A DNA stretch of 64,000 bases from a virus. The notes beneath the pieces are model-generated. The model was given only the letters and a program-made list of their open reading frames with translations, was not told the origin of the DNA and searched no databases. The translations under genes and the position numbers were made by a program. Each line of letters begins with the position of its first letter. Position 1 is the first letter of the stretch. Shown one piece after another: positions 27,605-37,175 of this stretch. The stretch covers positions 4,827-68,826 of the IMG/VR virus record IMGVR_UViG_3300022413_000009. One strand, 5' to 3'.

Positions 27605-28343
27605 GTAAGTCCCTCCTTGGGAATGTATCTAGCATCGTCTCAGGCGTGAGATTCGTGATATTTAGGTGTAGCTCTGCTATTGGGAAGGACTCATACGCTG
27701 CGATAAGTCCAATCAGAGCCCCGGTCGACCTGTCGACCGAGCGTTTGGCGCTTGGCCAGTGCTGTAGGTGCCTAGGATACTCACCGAAGTAATGGCGGTC
27801 CCCTCCGGGATCGCGCTTCTCAGGCTTGTATCCGAGCGGGTATTTCATGTCATGACCGATAAGATATAGGTCACGTATGCCGTAATGATAAGCCAAATTG
27901 ACAGCCATCGGACCAGATCCATGATTAACATGAATGATTCGAGGGTCAGTTGAAAGTCCAGACTTGGTATCATCTCCAGCAATGTAGTCAATTTTGAATT
28001 TGTTCGCGATTTCGGGATACCAGGTGAACTTAGGGCACGGAATCTCTCTAAGGAGCGGATCATTTGGCCAGTAGTGATGCCACCACGGCCCATCGCACGA
28101 AAGATGGACGTCAGTTGTTGGAAATCGTTGGTAGACATTGTTAATGGTGAAGCAGACGAGTCCGTCATTCTCCTGTGCCTTCCGGATATACTGAACATCT
28201 CTCTCGATCAATGATGGGCCGGTGGCGATTATTATCCCCTTCCTCCCCTTGTATATCGGGAGTATCGGGTCGCCCAAGGGTCTCTTGTTCGGGCCTGCTA
28301 CCATTTTGGTATTCCTTGAGTAATGAAAGAGGCAAGGCATCAC
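27591..28343 (-). CDS. DUF115/MptE-like protein (putative glycosyl- or pyrophospho-transferase), paralogue A
   Basis: 250 aa; IIATGPSL ... HVNHGSGPMAVNLAYHYGIRDLYLIGHDM pattern shared with next gene. Confidence 0.35.
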   Translation of the reverse strand: MMPCLFHYSRNTKMVAGPNKRPLGDPILPIYKGRKGIIIATGPSLIERDVQYIRKAQENDGLVCFTINNVYQRFPTTDVHLSCDGPWWHHYWPNDPLLREIPCPKFTWYPEIANKFKIDYIAGDDTKSGLSTDPRIIHVNHGSGPMAVNLAYHYGIRDLYLIGHDMKYPLGYKPEKRDPGGDRHYFGEYPRHLQHWPSAKRSVDRSTGALIGLIAAYESFPIAELHLNITNLTPETMLDTFPRRDLREAL

Positions 28344-29043
28344 CGAGCTTCTTCTGCTGAAAACACGTTAGGGCCGTCGGAAACGTGCAATTGATGATGC
28401 GTTCTTTGTCCTCTGGCTTGATTAGATTGTACTGGCTGACGAACCCTTTATAGTTGTTCGATTGGTTGAGAGGTTTCGGATGTGGTCCGAAGAAATGCTG
28501 CTTCTCTCCTCTTGGGACATCCATGTTGTAACCCAGAAGCAGGAATTTCCGAATGCCGTAATGCCAGGCGAGATTGAGAAGTTGGAAGCCACTATTCGAT
28601 CCATAGTGAATGAGGTTCTTAGTTTTTGAAAGCCCCTGTCCACCTTTCCCATTCACAGTCCTGACACCTTTCCCGGGATTCTTGGCGGACCAATTCTTAT
28701 CCTGAGTCCATTTCTCCTGGCATGGATTATCGTGGACTTTAGGATTCGAGTCCCACCACCTTGGATCGCAAGCATAGAGAACGTCCATGAAATCACATAT
28801 TCGATAGGCGTCGTTCAGACCAAAGACTCGAATGAGCCCCTGCTCGTGAAAAGGTCGGATATACTCGATCTGATCCTTCGTGAGTGACGGTCCAGTGGCG
28901 AGTAGAACTGCGGTATCACCAAGAAACTTCTCAGGGACATTGTCGAATTTCTGAGGTGGCTGTCTCCTTGGCTTCCGTCGCGGTGCTCTTTGCCGAGCTC
29001 TCTCATTTGGCTTCACTCCAATTTCTTCCTTTTCCGGTGTCAA
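28165..29043 (-). CDS. DUF115/MptE-like protein, paralogue B
   Basis: 292 aa; LLATGPSL ... HYGSNSGFQLLNLAWHYGIRKFLLLGYNM; clear paralogue of 27591..28343. Confidence 0.35.
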   Translation of the reverse strand: MTPEKEEIGVKPNERARQRAPRRKPRRQPPQKFDNVPEKFLGDTAVLLATGPSLTKDQIEYIRPFHEQGLIRVFGLNDAYRICDFMDVLYACDPRWWDSNPKVHDNPCQEKWTQDKNWSAKNPGKGVRTVNGKGGQGLSKTKNLIHYGSNSGFQLLNLAWHYGIRKFLLLGYNMDVPRGEKQHFFGPHPKPLNQSNNYKGFVSQYNLIKPEDKERIINCTFPTALTCFQQKKLGDALPLSLLKEYQNGSRPEQETLGRPDTPDIQGEEGDNNRHRPIIDRERCSVYPEGTGE

Positions 29044-31045
29044 CCAATAGTGGCACCCGTAATTCTACGCAGGAAGACATAATCTTCAAAGCTTCTTCGT
29101 GAGCCTCTTCGGCCTCTTTCGTTTTTGGCGCTGACCAATTCAATTCATCGTGTACCGTCAGAAGCGGCGCACCCAAGACGTCGCATATGCCACTCTCCCA
29201 TATCTTTACCATCGCGATTTTCATGCAGTCAGCGGCGCCGCCCTGGAGCAGGGCATTCAGCGCCTTATGACCGCCCGCTCGCTTGACGTTCGCGCCCCAC
29301 TTCTCAACGGCTTGATCGTATGGCTTCGCACCTACTCCATCTTTGCGCGCCTTCTGTGCGACGTTCCAGTCTCGAGACTCGTAGAGATTGAAACGTCGTC
29401 GCCGCCCGAGTAGAGTGTGAATGAAGCCGCGCATCTCAGCTCGCTTGAGAACCTCATCATATGTCTTCTTGACGAAAGGCAGTTCCCGATGGTACTGCTG
29501 GAAGACAGGTTTGATTTCAGCGATAGTCCTACCCATGCTCGCTGCCATCGTCTTCTCACCCATGCCATAGACTAATCCGAAGTTGATGTTCTTCGCTCGT
29601 TTTCGATCGATATCAGCGATTTGAGCGACATACTCGTGAAAGTCTGTCGAAGGGTCGTCTCGATACCGCTGCCGAGTTCGCTCCGCTCCATCCCCCACCG
29701 CGTAATGGCAGAGGAGTCGATATTCGATTTGCGACCAGTCATCAGAGTACCAAACTTCTTCTGGATCAGCAATAAACAATCCTCGAATGAGTGGTCCGAG
29801 TTCTTCATCCCTGATAGGAATATTCTGGAGATTGGGATTGGAGGAACTGAATCGTCCGGACACCGCACCATAATCATCGTTTCGCAGTTGATGGAATTGT
29901 CCGTGAATTCTATCTCCAATGACATTGTTAAAGATGGTGCCTTTGACGAACGTGCCAGCATGTTTCTCGAGCCTCCGAACTTGGTAGACGAGATTCAAAT
30001 TCTCATCGTGATTTTCTTCCAACCACTTGCCCGGGAAGGAAGGGTTGCCCACAGCGGTCTTCTTGTGCGTGATTCCCTTCGCTCTGCAATACGCGACAAG
30101 CGAGTCCGTGCTTCCCGCGTCAATTCCAATGTCACTGAGTCTTTGGCGGTACTCAACGGCCTTCTGGCTGAGCTCCTCATCCAACGATGCTGCCCTGTCG
30201 ACATCAACGCGGACTCCTCGCCACCGCATCGCCATCATCATCGGTATCAATCTAGTTTCAATATCGAGTACGTCTTCGAGTCTCTCCTCCTTAACCTTCG
30301 CCATCTGCTTTTCCCAGATTTCGAAGGGGATACGGACGTCACTCTCAGCGTAAGGGCCAACCAACTCTGCAGGGGCTCTCCAAATATTCTTGGCTTGGTC
30401 TGCCCGTGTCGGCTCGCCGCCAAACGTCATCGCCAGCCACTCGTACATCTGTTCGTCGGCCTTGCCCTCTATGTCATACCGTTCTGCCAGGGCTTCCAGC
30501 GAATATTTGAATGCGTTCTCGTCGATGAGGGGGTCTGCGATTTGGACATCATAGAAGGGGCCGCTGACCTCAACTCCTTCTCCGTGCAACCAGTCGACGT
30601 CATAGCCGAGGTTCGCCCCAATTTTTGGTTGATTCGGTCGTTCGAGTTGATCCTTCGCCCAGCGCATGACGATATCTGGATCGAGATTCTTTTTGCCTGA
30701 CTCATGCCGCATGGGGAAATACCATTGTTCCCCATCTCGTGGTCCAACGGAAACAGCGATGCCGGCAATGAAACCGCCTTCCGTATCTCTTCTTCTAACG
30801 CCCGGGCCCATTTCTCGTAGATTAGGGTCTTTTGTTTCGAGGTCAAGTCCAATGATCCGAGCACTTTCAAGGTTCGGGAAACTTCGTACTCGCCAATCGG
30901 TATCTGGTATAGGGGGACGAACTGTTGACACGTATCCGCCTCCCTGCTTCTTTTCTCGGGTTTGTTCATGCCAGGCAAGGCCTTGTGAATCCCATCTACT
31001 CACCTCGATGCTTGAGCTCCGCCTCGAAGAAGCTACGAATTTCAT
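29003..31045 (-). CDS. Family A DNA polymerase with 3'-5' exonuclease domain
   Basis: 680 aa; exo motif IGLDLET, pol motif A/B region RKRAKNINFGLVYGMGEKT, motif C LLTVHDEL. Confidence 0.8.
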   Translation of the reverse strand: MKFVASSRRSSSIEVSRWDSQGLAWHEQTREKKQGGGYVSTVRPPIPDTDWRVRSFPNLESARIIGLDLETKDPNLREMGPGVRRRDTEGGFIAGIAVSVGPRDGEQWYFPMRHESGKKNLDPDIVMRWAKDQLERPNQPKIGANLGYDVDWLHGEGVEVSGPFYDVQIADPLIDENAFKYSLEALAERYDIEGKADEQMYEWLAMTFGGEPTRADQAKNIWRAPAELVGPYAESDVRIPFEIWEKQMAKVKEERLEDVLDIETRLIPMMMAMRWRGVRVDVDRAASLDEELSQKAVEYRQRLSDIGIDAGSTDSLVAYCRAKGITHKKTAVGNPSFPGKWLEENHDENLNLVYQVRRLEKHAGTFVKGTIFNNVIGDRIHGQFHQLRNDDYGAVSGRFSSSNPNLQNIPIRDEELGPLIRGLFIADPEEVWYSDDWSQIEYRLLCHYAVGDGAERTRQRYRDDPSTDFHEYVAQIADIDRKRAKNINFGLVYGMGEKTMAASMGRTIAEIKPVFQQYHRELPFVKKTYDEVLKRAEMRGFIHTLLGRRRRFNLYESRDWNVAQKARKDGVGAKPYDQAVEKWGANVKRAGGHKALNALLQGGAADCMKIAMVKIWESGICDVLGAPLLTVHDELNWSAPKTKEAEEAHEEALKIMSSCVELRVPLLVDTGKGRNWSEAK

Positions 31046-31409
31046 CAGAGATTTGCGGTTGAGTTTTTAGAATCGCTTTGATGTGATTAGTTGTCAAATC
31101 ACTCAAAGCCTTCCTCTGAAATGGTCCTTTCCCATCCTTACCGTATGTGCCCCACTTGAAATGGACACGATTATGCTCATGGTTGTCGGAAGATTCAATC
31201 GACATATCCACTTCATCGCCATGTGCTGAACGTCGAAGATAGTCTAGCCCTCCGTCAACCATATATTGTTTGCCATTGGCATCATTGTGAGTCACGTAAT
31301 CGTGACGATAGGTACTTTCGATGATTGTTCCATCGGGTGTTTTCAATGCGTTTCGAAGTATCACAGCCTCACTCCAATAATGATTCCCTCTAAATTTTCG
31401 CCACGCCAC
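30996..31409 (-). CDS. Hypothetical protein
   Basis: 137 aa ORF between putative clamp and polymerase. Confidence 0.3.
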   Translation of the reverse strand: MAWRKFRGNHYWSEAVILRNALKTPDGTIIESTYRHDYVTHNDANGKQYMVDGGLDYLRRSAHGDEVDMSIESSDNHEHNRVHFKWGTYGKDGKGPFQRKALSDLTTNHIKAILKTQPQISDEIRSFFEAELKHRGE

Positions 31410-32341
31410 GGGCAGGGCTTCGGATACGTCGAGACATCCATGTGGGTTGCCCTGCTCAGGGCCAATTGCAGGGGTACCGCGTGAAATGACGCCTCACCGA
31501 CCTCACCGGCGAGCGAGTCAACCGCAATCATCTGCCCCTCCATCGTGCTGATTTCGTTGCCTTTGAATGTTACGATAGGCATCGACTTGTCTTGTGCGAA
31601 CGGTACCAAGTCCCTCACCACTTGGGCGGTGTCACTCGGGAGCTTTGGTAGTCCGCTGCAATCGGGTATCATCGGCGCGACATCAGGCCAGTCAGTCGCG
31701 TACCTCACTGAGCGCAACCAGACGTCATCATCATACTCGTACGCCACGCCATTGTCATGAATCCAGACATACTTCGGTTCGCGTCGGATTCTCACCATTT
31801 CATCGACTGTAAAGCCTGGCAGCCCAAATATCGGGTATTCATCCGGCCAATCGTACTCCGTTCTCACCATTATGATGTTGTTCGTCGCGTAGAGATGGTC
31901 ACCCTGATGCAGAACACTCATCGCCCACGGCCTGCTGGCATCGCTGCTGACAAACGGGCTGACGCGACGTATCGCTTCTATATACTCCTTTGGATCTTCA
32001 ATTTCGTACCGATCCCCAATCGTCACTGGTTTCGAGTAATCATCGGTTGAGAGAGGCAATCGAATCATCCTCATCTTGCGCGTCTTGCTCTTCATTTTCA
32101 TGAAGCCGTCGCCAATCTCAATCTGCGGATCACCGTCGCACCTGTCAACCGCTGTCACAAATGAAGCCCCGGGAACGGTTATCGGATCGTCATGTATCTT
32201 CGGGAACGGCGCCTCAATGCTGATGCGGCCATTGTTCCCATATATCTTCCCGTCTGTGATGTGAAAATGTGTCAACACCGAGATGAGGTTCTTGTCGCTG
32301 ACAGCGCCGCGAACGAGGTTCAATGTTTGGCTAATGCTCAT
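31361..32341 (-). CDS. Possible DNA polymerase sliding clamp (DnaN-like)
   Basis: 326 aa; N-terminus LNLVRGAVSDKNLISVLTHFHITDGKIYGNNGRISIEAPFP resembles beta-clamp domain I; adjacent to polymerase; weak. Confidence 0.25.
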   Translation of the reverse strand: MSISQTLNLVRGAVSDKNLISVLTHFHITDGKIYGNNGRISIEAPFPKIHDDPITVPGASFVTAVDRCDGDPQIEIGDGFMKMKSKTRKMRMIRLPLSTDDYSKPVTIGDRYEIEDPKEYIEAIRRVSPFVSSDASRPWAMSVLHQGDHLYATNNIIMVRTEYDWPDEYPIFGLPGFTVDEMVRIRREPKYVWIHDNGVAYEYDDDVWLRSVRYATDWPDVAPMIPDCSGLPKLPSDTAQVVRDLVPFAQDKSMPIVTFKGNEISTMEGQMIAVDSLAGEVGEASFHAVPLQLALSRATHMDVSTYPKPCPWRGENLEGIIIGVRL

Positions 32342-33021
32342 CTTTCACTCACAAGGCTCAATTCATACTGGGGTTCTAGAAAAACTGACACAGCATCACC
32401 CTGGCTATCAAAATTATCGTCACAGTATTTCTCTGCTTCCTTCATTCCAATTAGCAGTTTAGAGACGTAATTTCGTTTCTGGGTCCATGTTCCGTTTTGG
32501 GCTTCGATTGTTCTCACGTCTGGCATTATGTATGAGAAGTTCTCTTCATTGAAGGTTCGATATATTTCTCCGCCTCGGTGCATCAAATGAAGGCGCATCA
32601 TGAAACATTCAGTCGCTTCTATGCCCTCGCCGATTACGCCATATCGATATAATTGCCGCCACCCTAAGGGATGAGTATCTTCCACTTCTACGAAATGAAT
32701 CGTCAATAATTTTTCTTCATCGTCGAACTCGTATCCCCAGACATCTGGGTTGTGGTGTTTACTCACAGCTAAGAAATGTCCGAAATCAGACCATTCATTC
32801 CATGGGTCACAATCTTCAGGATTTTTTCCTGGTGGTCCAAAATCAGGGAGCCACTTCTCATTTATCAATTTAATGCAAGTTCTGCGCCATCCTCCGACTT
32901 GAGCATTCGGAATGATTTTACTCTCAACGCATCTGTTGATAAGGTAAGTATGGTGATTGTCTTTCATAGCTTTCTGAACTTTCCGTTCGCCGGCCTCCGG
33001 GTCACGTGATACCCCTGGCAA
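32338..33021 (-). CDS. Hypothetical protein
   Basis: 227 aa ORF. Confidence 0.3.
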   Translation of the reverse strand: MPGVSRDPEAGERKVQKAMKDNHHTYLINRCVESKIIPNAQVGGWRRTCIKLINEKWLPDFGPPGKNPEDCDPWNEWSDFGHFLAVSKHHNPDVWGYEFDDEEKLLTIHFVEVEDTHPLGWRQLYRYGVIGEGIEATECFMMRLHLMHRGGEIYRTFNEENFSYIMPDVRTIEAQNGTWTQKRNYVSKLLIGMKEAEKYCDDNFDSQGDAVSVFLEPQYELSLVSER

Positions 33022-33129
33022 GCCTTGCAGTAATAATAGGACCCAAAGGGTCGTTTGCCTCTCTTCGACATCCCAAGGATGTGTCGAATAGCCTGGTAAA
33101 TCGTTTCGTGTAGCCTCTTCCCTTCCCCG

Positions 33130-33432
33130 TTACAGTTGACGACGACGCCGTGTTTCTCGGGTGACTCTGACGTGACATCTTCCGCACAAGAGGCAACCGT
33201 CTGCTGTCTTCTCATGGCCGAATCTCTCGTAAGTTAGATGATGGACCTCCATTGTTTTGACAATATCCTCGAACTTCTTGCACCACTGGCAATAGCCCGC
33301 ATCACGCAACCATACACGGTCTTGCCATATCCGCTGATGAGCTGAGTCAGGATGCTCAAGAGCGGGCCTACGTTCATGCGGCGGTTTCGGGATTAGCCAT
33401 TCGGGAACCGAGGTGGGTCCAAAATTGTCCAT
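33130..33432 (-). CDS. HNH endonuclease
   Basis: 100 aa; CQWCKK...HHLTYERFGHEKTADGCLLCGRCH HNH/zinc motif. Confidence 0.55.
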   Translation of the reverse strand: MDNFGPTSVPEWLIPKPPHERRPALEHPDSAHQRIWQDRVWLRDAGYCQWCKKFEDIVKTMEVHHLTYERFGHEKTADGCLLCGRCHVRVTRETRRRRQL

Positions 33433-34198
33433 CTGCTATCTCCGAGAAGTCCCACTGAGCGTAGGCTAGGTCGTGAAGCCATTGTGTACGATCACGAAGA
33501 TCTGTCAGCTCATCATTCACTGAGTTCCAAGCTATTGGGTGGGCCATTGACTCTGGGCCATACGCCACAGTGGGTACACCCTGAATGATAGCATCAACTC
33601 CACCAATTGTGTCATAAGTCACGCAAAGAACCGCTCCCTTTAGCGCGGTTTCGATATCATCTTGGGCAAAACCAGGTGCCTTTCCCCACCCACATGGTAT
33701 CCGATCACCCGCCCGAAATGGATGGGGCCGGAACTTGACTGATCGATTTGTCTGATCGAGCAACCGAGCCACTCTCTCATACCACGATGTCATATCACGG
33801 AATTCACCGAGAACGAGGATATATCCATCATCTATCTCCGGCATCATGCGCCAGGATCTAAGAGGGACGCGGTGCTTGTCCCACCTATCTCCCGGGCTGT
33901 TCTCGTTCATGAAATCGGCGCGGCCGTTGAATCCATCCCAGCCAATCGCGACATTGTCATGCCGGTCTCCGAAAAAGCAACGGTTGACTGTCAGCACGGG
34001 AATCTTCTTCGACTGGCAAATTCCGAGAGTTTTCTTCCACGAATTGTTCGCGAAGAGAACATGAAGATCGCCATTCGTGTCGACCGCGTCGTGATTCGTG
34101 AAAATCACGGGTATGCCGTGGTACCCGAAACCAGATACGAAATAGTCCTGGTATCGACGCTGCCAACCGGATCCGGTGCTGTGAATCACTGCCCTCAT
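33374..34198 (-). CDS. Hypothetical protein, possible glycosyltransferase-like fold
   Basis: 274 aa; C-terminal segment reminiscent of GT-B C-domain; low certainty. Confidence 0.25.
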   Translation of the reverse strand: MRAVIHSTGSGWQRRYQDYFVSGFGYHGIPVIFTNHDAVDTNGDLHVLFANNSWKKTLGICQSKKIPVLTVNRCFFGDRHDNVAIGWDGFNGRADFMNENSPGDRWDKHRVPLRSWRMMPEIDDGYILVLGEFRDMTSWYERVARLLDQTNRSVKFRPHPFRAGDRIPCGWGKAPGFAQDDIETALKGAVLCVTYDTIGGVDAIIQGVPTVAYGPESMAHPIAWNSVNDELTDLRDRTQWLHDLAYAQWDFSEIADGQFWTHLGSRMANPETAA

Positions 34199-34506
34199 AC
34201 AGGTGTGATAGTCACATTCCCGACATTCAGAGGAGGTGAGTCATCTGCCACCGTGTACGGCACCTCAAGGCCAGACGATTGCGCGCCATTCGTGTCGACT
34301 GTGATGAAGCGGAAGATCCAATCGCCAAAGGCGACGTCGTTCACTGCTACATTAAGATCTGGCGGTGCTATGTTGCCAAGGGGTGCGTAGTCCACACCAC
34401 CATTGGCACTTCCCGCCACAGCGACGTGAGCAATCTCAGTGACGTCAAGTACGCCGCCAAGCTCACGCTCAATGGGTAGTTCCCAAGATATAAGTAGATT
34501 TTTCAT
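34195..34506 (-). CDS. Hypothetical protein
   Basis: 103 aa ORF. Confidence 0.3.
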   Translation of the reverse strand: MKNLLISWELPIERELGGVLDVTEIAHVAVAGSANGGVDYAPLGNIAPPDLNVAVNDVAFGDWIFRFITVDTNGAQSSGLEVPYTVADDSPPLNVGNVTITPV

Positions 34507-34624
34507 GTATCGTTCTCCAACCTAATTGAAACGCCCGTCACATTCTTTGGACGGTCTATGGGAGGCTTTTTGTCATCCCCTTTCAAAATAATAGCCACGA
34601 TAACAGCCACAACGATGGCGACAA

Positions 34625-35215
34625 TCAGCCACATTCAGCTACCACCAATATGTCTTGCACACCGGTGAACGTCACGTCAGCGTCGTCTACGGCATAGAAT
34701 TTCTTCTGTATGATTGTCACACCATCAGAATCGAACACCTGTCCTTCGACAGAGATATCCGTACGACAGTCAGTGCCTAATGGAATAGAACCTACGACTG
34801 GCAGGAAGAAATTTCCATTGGTTTTGGATACGCTGCGAACTTTCGTGTCAACTGTCTTCCAAGCGGTGATAGTCTTCTCCGCTGTGCTTGAGATACGTGA
34901 GGAGGTTCCACCGGCGGAGTACGCTGTAGAGGTGTAGGTGTACGTACCAGGCTTCACGTAGTCAATTTGATAGCTCGTCACCGTGCCGTCGGGTATGTCT
35001 GCCACGAGTTGCCAGATTCGTGTGCCACCTTGGTTCGTGTACGGACCGGCGTTCGTGCAGGTCTCCGTCTCCGTTGGGTTCGTCCAGTTCAACGCTATGC
35101 TGTCAGCGCGTACCTTCGACGATACGAAGCCTAGGATGACGACTATAGCCCAGAACGAGGCCCACTCGACTATCGTCATTGGACGGTTCTTCCTCATTAG
35201 AATCTCCACCCCCAT
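34625..35215 (-). CDS. Secreted/membrane-anchored beta-rich (Ig/FN3-like) protein
   Basis: 196 aa; N-terminal TM/signal segment and Thr/Ser/Gly/Tyr-rich beta-strand composition. Confidence 0.35.
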   Translation of the reverse strand: MGVEILMRKNRPMTIVEWASFWAIVVILGFVSSKVRADSIALNWTNPTETETCTNAGPYTNQGGTRIWQLVADIPDGTVTSYQIDYVKPGTYTYTSTAYSAGGTSSRISSTAEKTITAWKTVDTKVRSVSKTNGNFFLPVVGSIPLGTDCRTDISVEGQVFDSDGVTIIQKKFYAVDDADVTFTGVQDILVVAECG

Positions 35216-35685
35216 GTGATCAAGTCCTGCCCACGATTCGGCTTCGTGGTCCCCGCATTCGACCAGTGCCGAATGCCGATTGATTGATGGTCAGTGATGC
35301 GCCATTTGAGAACCAGAGTGTAACCGAGTTCGTCACCAATAAATCTTGAAGTGTGGATCCAGTACGCCGCGCCAATATGCACCTCAGTCGGGAGTGCCTT
35401 CCACCATGTCTCAGGTTTCTGTGCCACGAATGCGACAAAGACATTGCCGTTATTGTCGAGCTTCAGATCGTTGTAATCCTGCTCACTGATGAGAGCGATG
35501 CCAAGGTCAAACTTCTCCTGGTAGACTCTCTCAGTCAGTACGAGTCCCACGCCACCGTTGAATCCGCTGGCAAACGTCGGACCGATTTCAACTTCTGTCG
35601 CCTTCGCTTTATAGGCGAAGAACAGAAGCAGAACGATCAAGATTGCGATGACAGCGCCTTTCGGATTATCAAATAATTTGTTCAT
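35197..35685 (-). CDS. Outer-membrane beta-barrel protein (PagL/OmpA-like small barrel)
   Basis: 162 aa; signal peptide, alternating amphipathic strands, C-terminal ...ITWGWRF ending in Phe (OMP sorting signature). Confidence 0.45.
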   Translation of the reverse strand: MNKLFDNPKGAVIAILIVLLLFFAYKAKATEVEIGPTFASGFNGGVGLVLTERVYQEKFDLGIALISEQDYNDLKLDNNGNVFVAFVAQKPETWWKALPTEVHIGAAYWIHTSRFIGDELGYTLVLKWRITDHQSIGIRHWSNAGTTKPNRGQDLITWGWRF

Positions 35686-36608
35686 AGGTCAAATATCCCT
35701 TTTTGGACTGGAAGATGGCTGGTGTCACCGATGCTGCGGTACAGTTCCGTCATCATCATGCGGTTCCACAATGCCCTGGATTCGAATATTGTACCCAATT
35801 CCTCCAGGGTAAACTTCCATTTCTTCATCAAATCATACAGGTAATCTCGCTCAGGATCGGCAAGTGTCGTGACGTGGGCGTTCTTATCATGCCTTGTTGG
35901 TGAGGTCTCACTGACGCCAACGATGCGGAAATTCGTGTCAATGAAGATCCCACCGTAGGCCGCTATCAGGATCCAGGTTGCGGAGTCAACCGACAACCAC
36001 GGCACTTTCGTCATCATTTGGGTTCCGGTTGCTGCGAGACCATGCGTTCGGATGCCCTCTGGTAGCAGATGATGCGTTTCTGCTGCCCACCTGGCGCGAT
36101 ATGTTTCCCCAAGGTCATTCCTGGGCGAGATGCAGACGTATCCGCCCGACATATCGCAAACCTCCTTCAGGCGAGCCTCATCTTCGTTCTGGTGGAACAC
36201 CGGAAGGACCCGATTTGGGAACTTTTCGTTCAGTACCGCATAGTTCTCATCGGAGATTTTGATGGCTTCAGCGAGTTGTTCTTCGGTCGCTGTCTCTCCT
36301 GGTTTTCCCGGGATTTTGTCCAAGTTGATGAACCACACCTTATTCAAATCACCGATGATGTCCACCAATTCAGCGTAGACATCGACCAGGTGCGGCAGGT
36401 GGACTTCCTCGCCTTTCGTCCAGGCAGTGAAGGCGCCCGAATCGAGCATGATTTCGTAATTGTCGTCAATCTTGGCGACAATAGGGCTTGTCGCTTTGGC
36501 ATATTTCACGTAGGAGCCGTGACAGGAGAAAAGCCGGTACCGCGGAGTACCGAGGCGCTCATCTGCCTCGATGACCCCTTTACCGACTCCCGAATAGTAG
36601 ATATGCAT
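35682..36608 (-). CDS. dpdA: DpdA / tRNA-guanine-transglycosylase-like 7-deazaguanine DNA transglycosylase
   Basis: 308 aa; IMLDSGAFTAW matches TGT catalytic ILTDSGGFQVF region; embedded in preQ0/preQ1 biosynthesis gene cluster. Confidence 0.6.
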   Translation of the reverse strand: MHIYYSGVGKGVIEADERLGTPRYRLFSCHGSYVKYAKATSPIVAKIDDNYEIMLDSGAFTAWTKGEEVHLPHLVDVYAELVDIIGDLNKVWFINLDKIPGKPGETATEEQLAEAIKISDENYAVLNEKFPNRVLPVFHQNEDEARLKEVCDMSGGYVCISPRNDLGETYRARWAAETHHLLPEGIRTHGLAATGTQMMTKVPWLSVDSATWILIAAYGGIFIDTNFRIVGVSETSPTRHDKNAHVTTLADPERDYLYDLMKKWKFTLEELGTIFESRALWNRMMMTELYRSIGDTSHLPVQKGIFDL

Positions 36609-36665
36609 CAGCTCACTTTTAATACTACGCCATTTGAAATTTGATCGTCGTCGCGACGAGCATTT

Positions 36666-37175
36666 TCAATTCATGCGGATGATTTGTTTTTCGTTCGGCA
36701 TCTGGACGCTCGGGCCGCCAGAGAGTTCGGGATGGGCCCAGACTGCGGTTGGCCAGAAGGGTATCCCGCCGCGCGGCGTAAAACGTCCCTGTACCTCGAT
36801 TCGGTACGGCTCGATAGCGTCCACCAAATCGTTGATGATTTTGCAGACGCAACTCTCATGGAACTCACCGACATTTCTGTATGAACCGAGATAGAGTTTA
36901 AGGGATTTTGATTCAACGCACAATTCCCGTGGTGTGTACTGGATGATGATTTCTGCGAAATCAGGCTGTCCGGTTTTCGGACAGAGAGACGTGAACTCCG
37001 GCGCACGGATCACGATATTCCCTGCTGCCCCGTTGGGATTTCGCCCTTCTTCGCCTTCTTCTGTCGGCCAGAAAGGATTGGGGAAACTCTCTAGGAGCTC
37101 CGGATTCGCTGTGTCATATTCATACTTCGTGTCACTTGAGCCCAGCGATTTCAGTGACTTCGTTTGATCGTTCAT
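36666..37175 (-). CDS. queF: NADPH-dependent 7-cyano-7-deazaguanine reductase QueF (preQ0 to preQ1)
   Basis: 169 aa; FTSLCPKTGQPDF catalytic Cys region and ESKSLKLYL QueF signature. Confidence 0.7.
   Translation of the reverse strand: MNDQTKSLKSLGSSDTKYEYDTANPELLESFPNPFWPTEEGEEGRNPNGAAGNIVIRAPEFTSLCPKTGQPDFAEIIIQYTPRELCVESKSLKLYLGSYRNVGEFHESCVCKIINDLVDAIEPYRIEVQGRFTPRGGIPFWPTAVWAHPELSGGPSVQMPNEKQIIRMN

Noticed and set aside
32964-33215. ORF 32964..33215 (83 aa, CKACQGYH) and 33002..33196
   Set aside because: They overlap the 3' part of the HNH endonuclease gene and the intergenic gap. They are probably alternative-frame artefacts.
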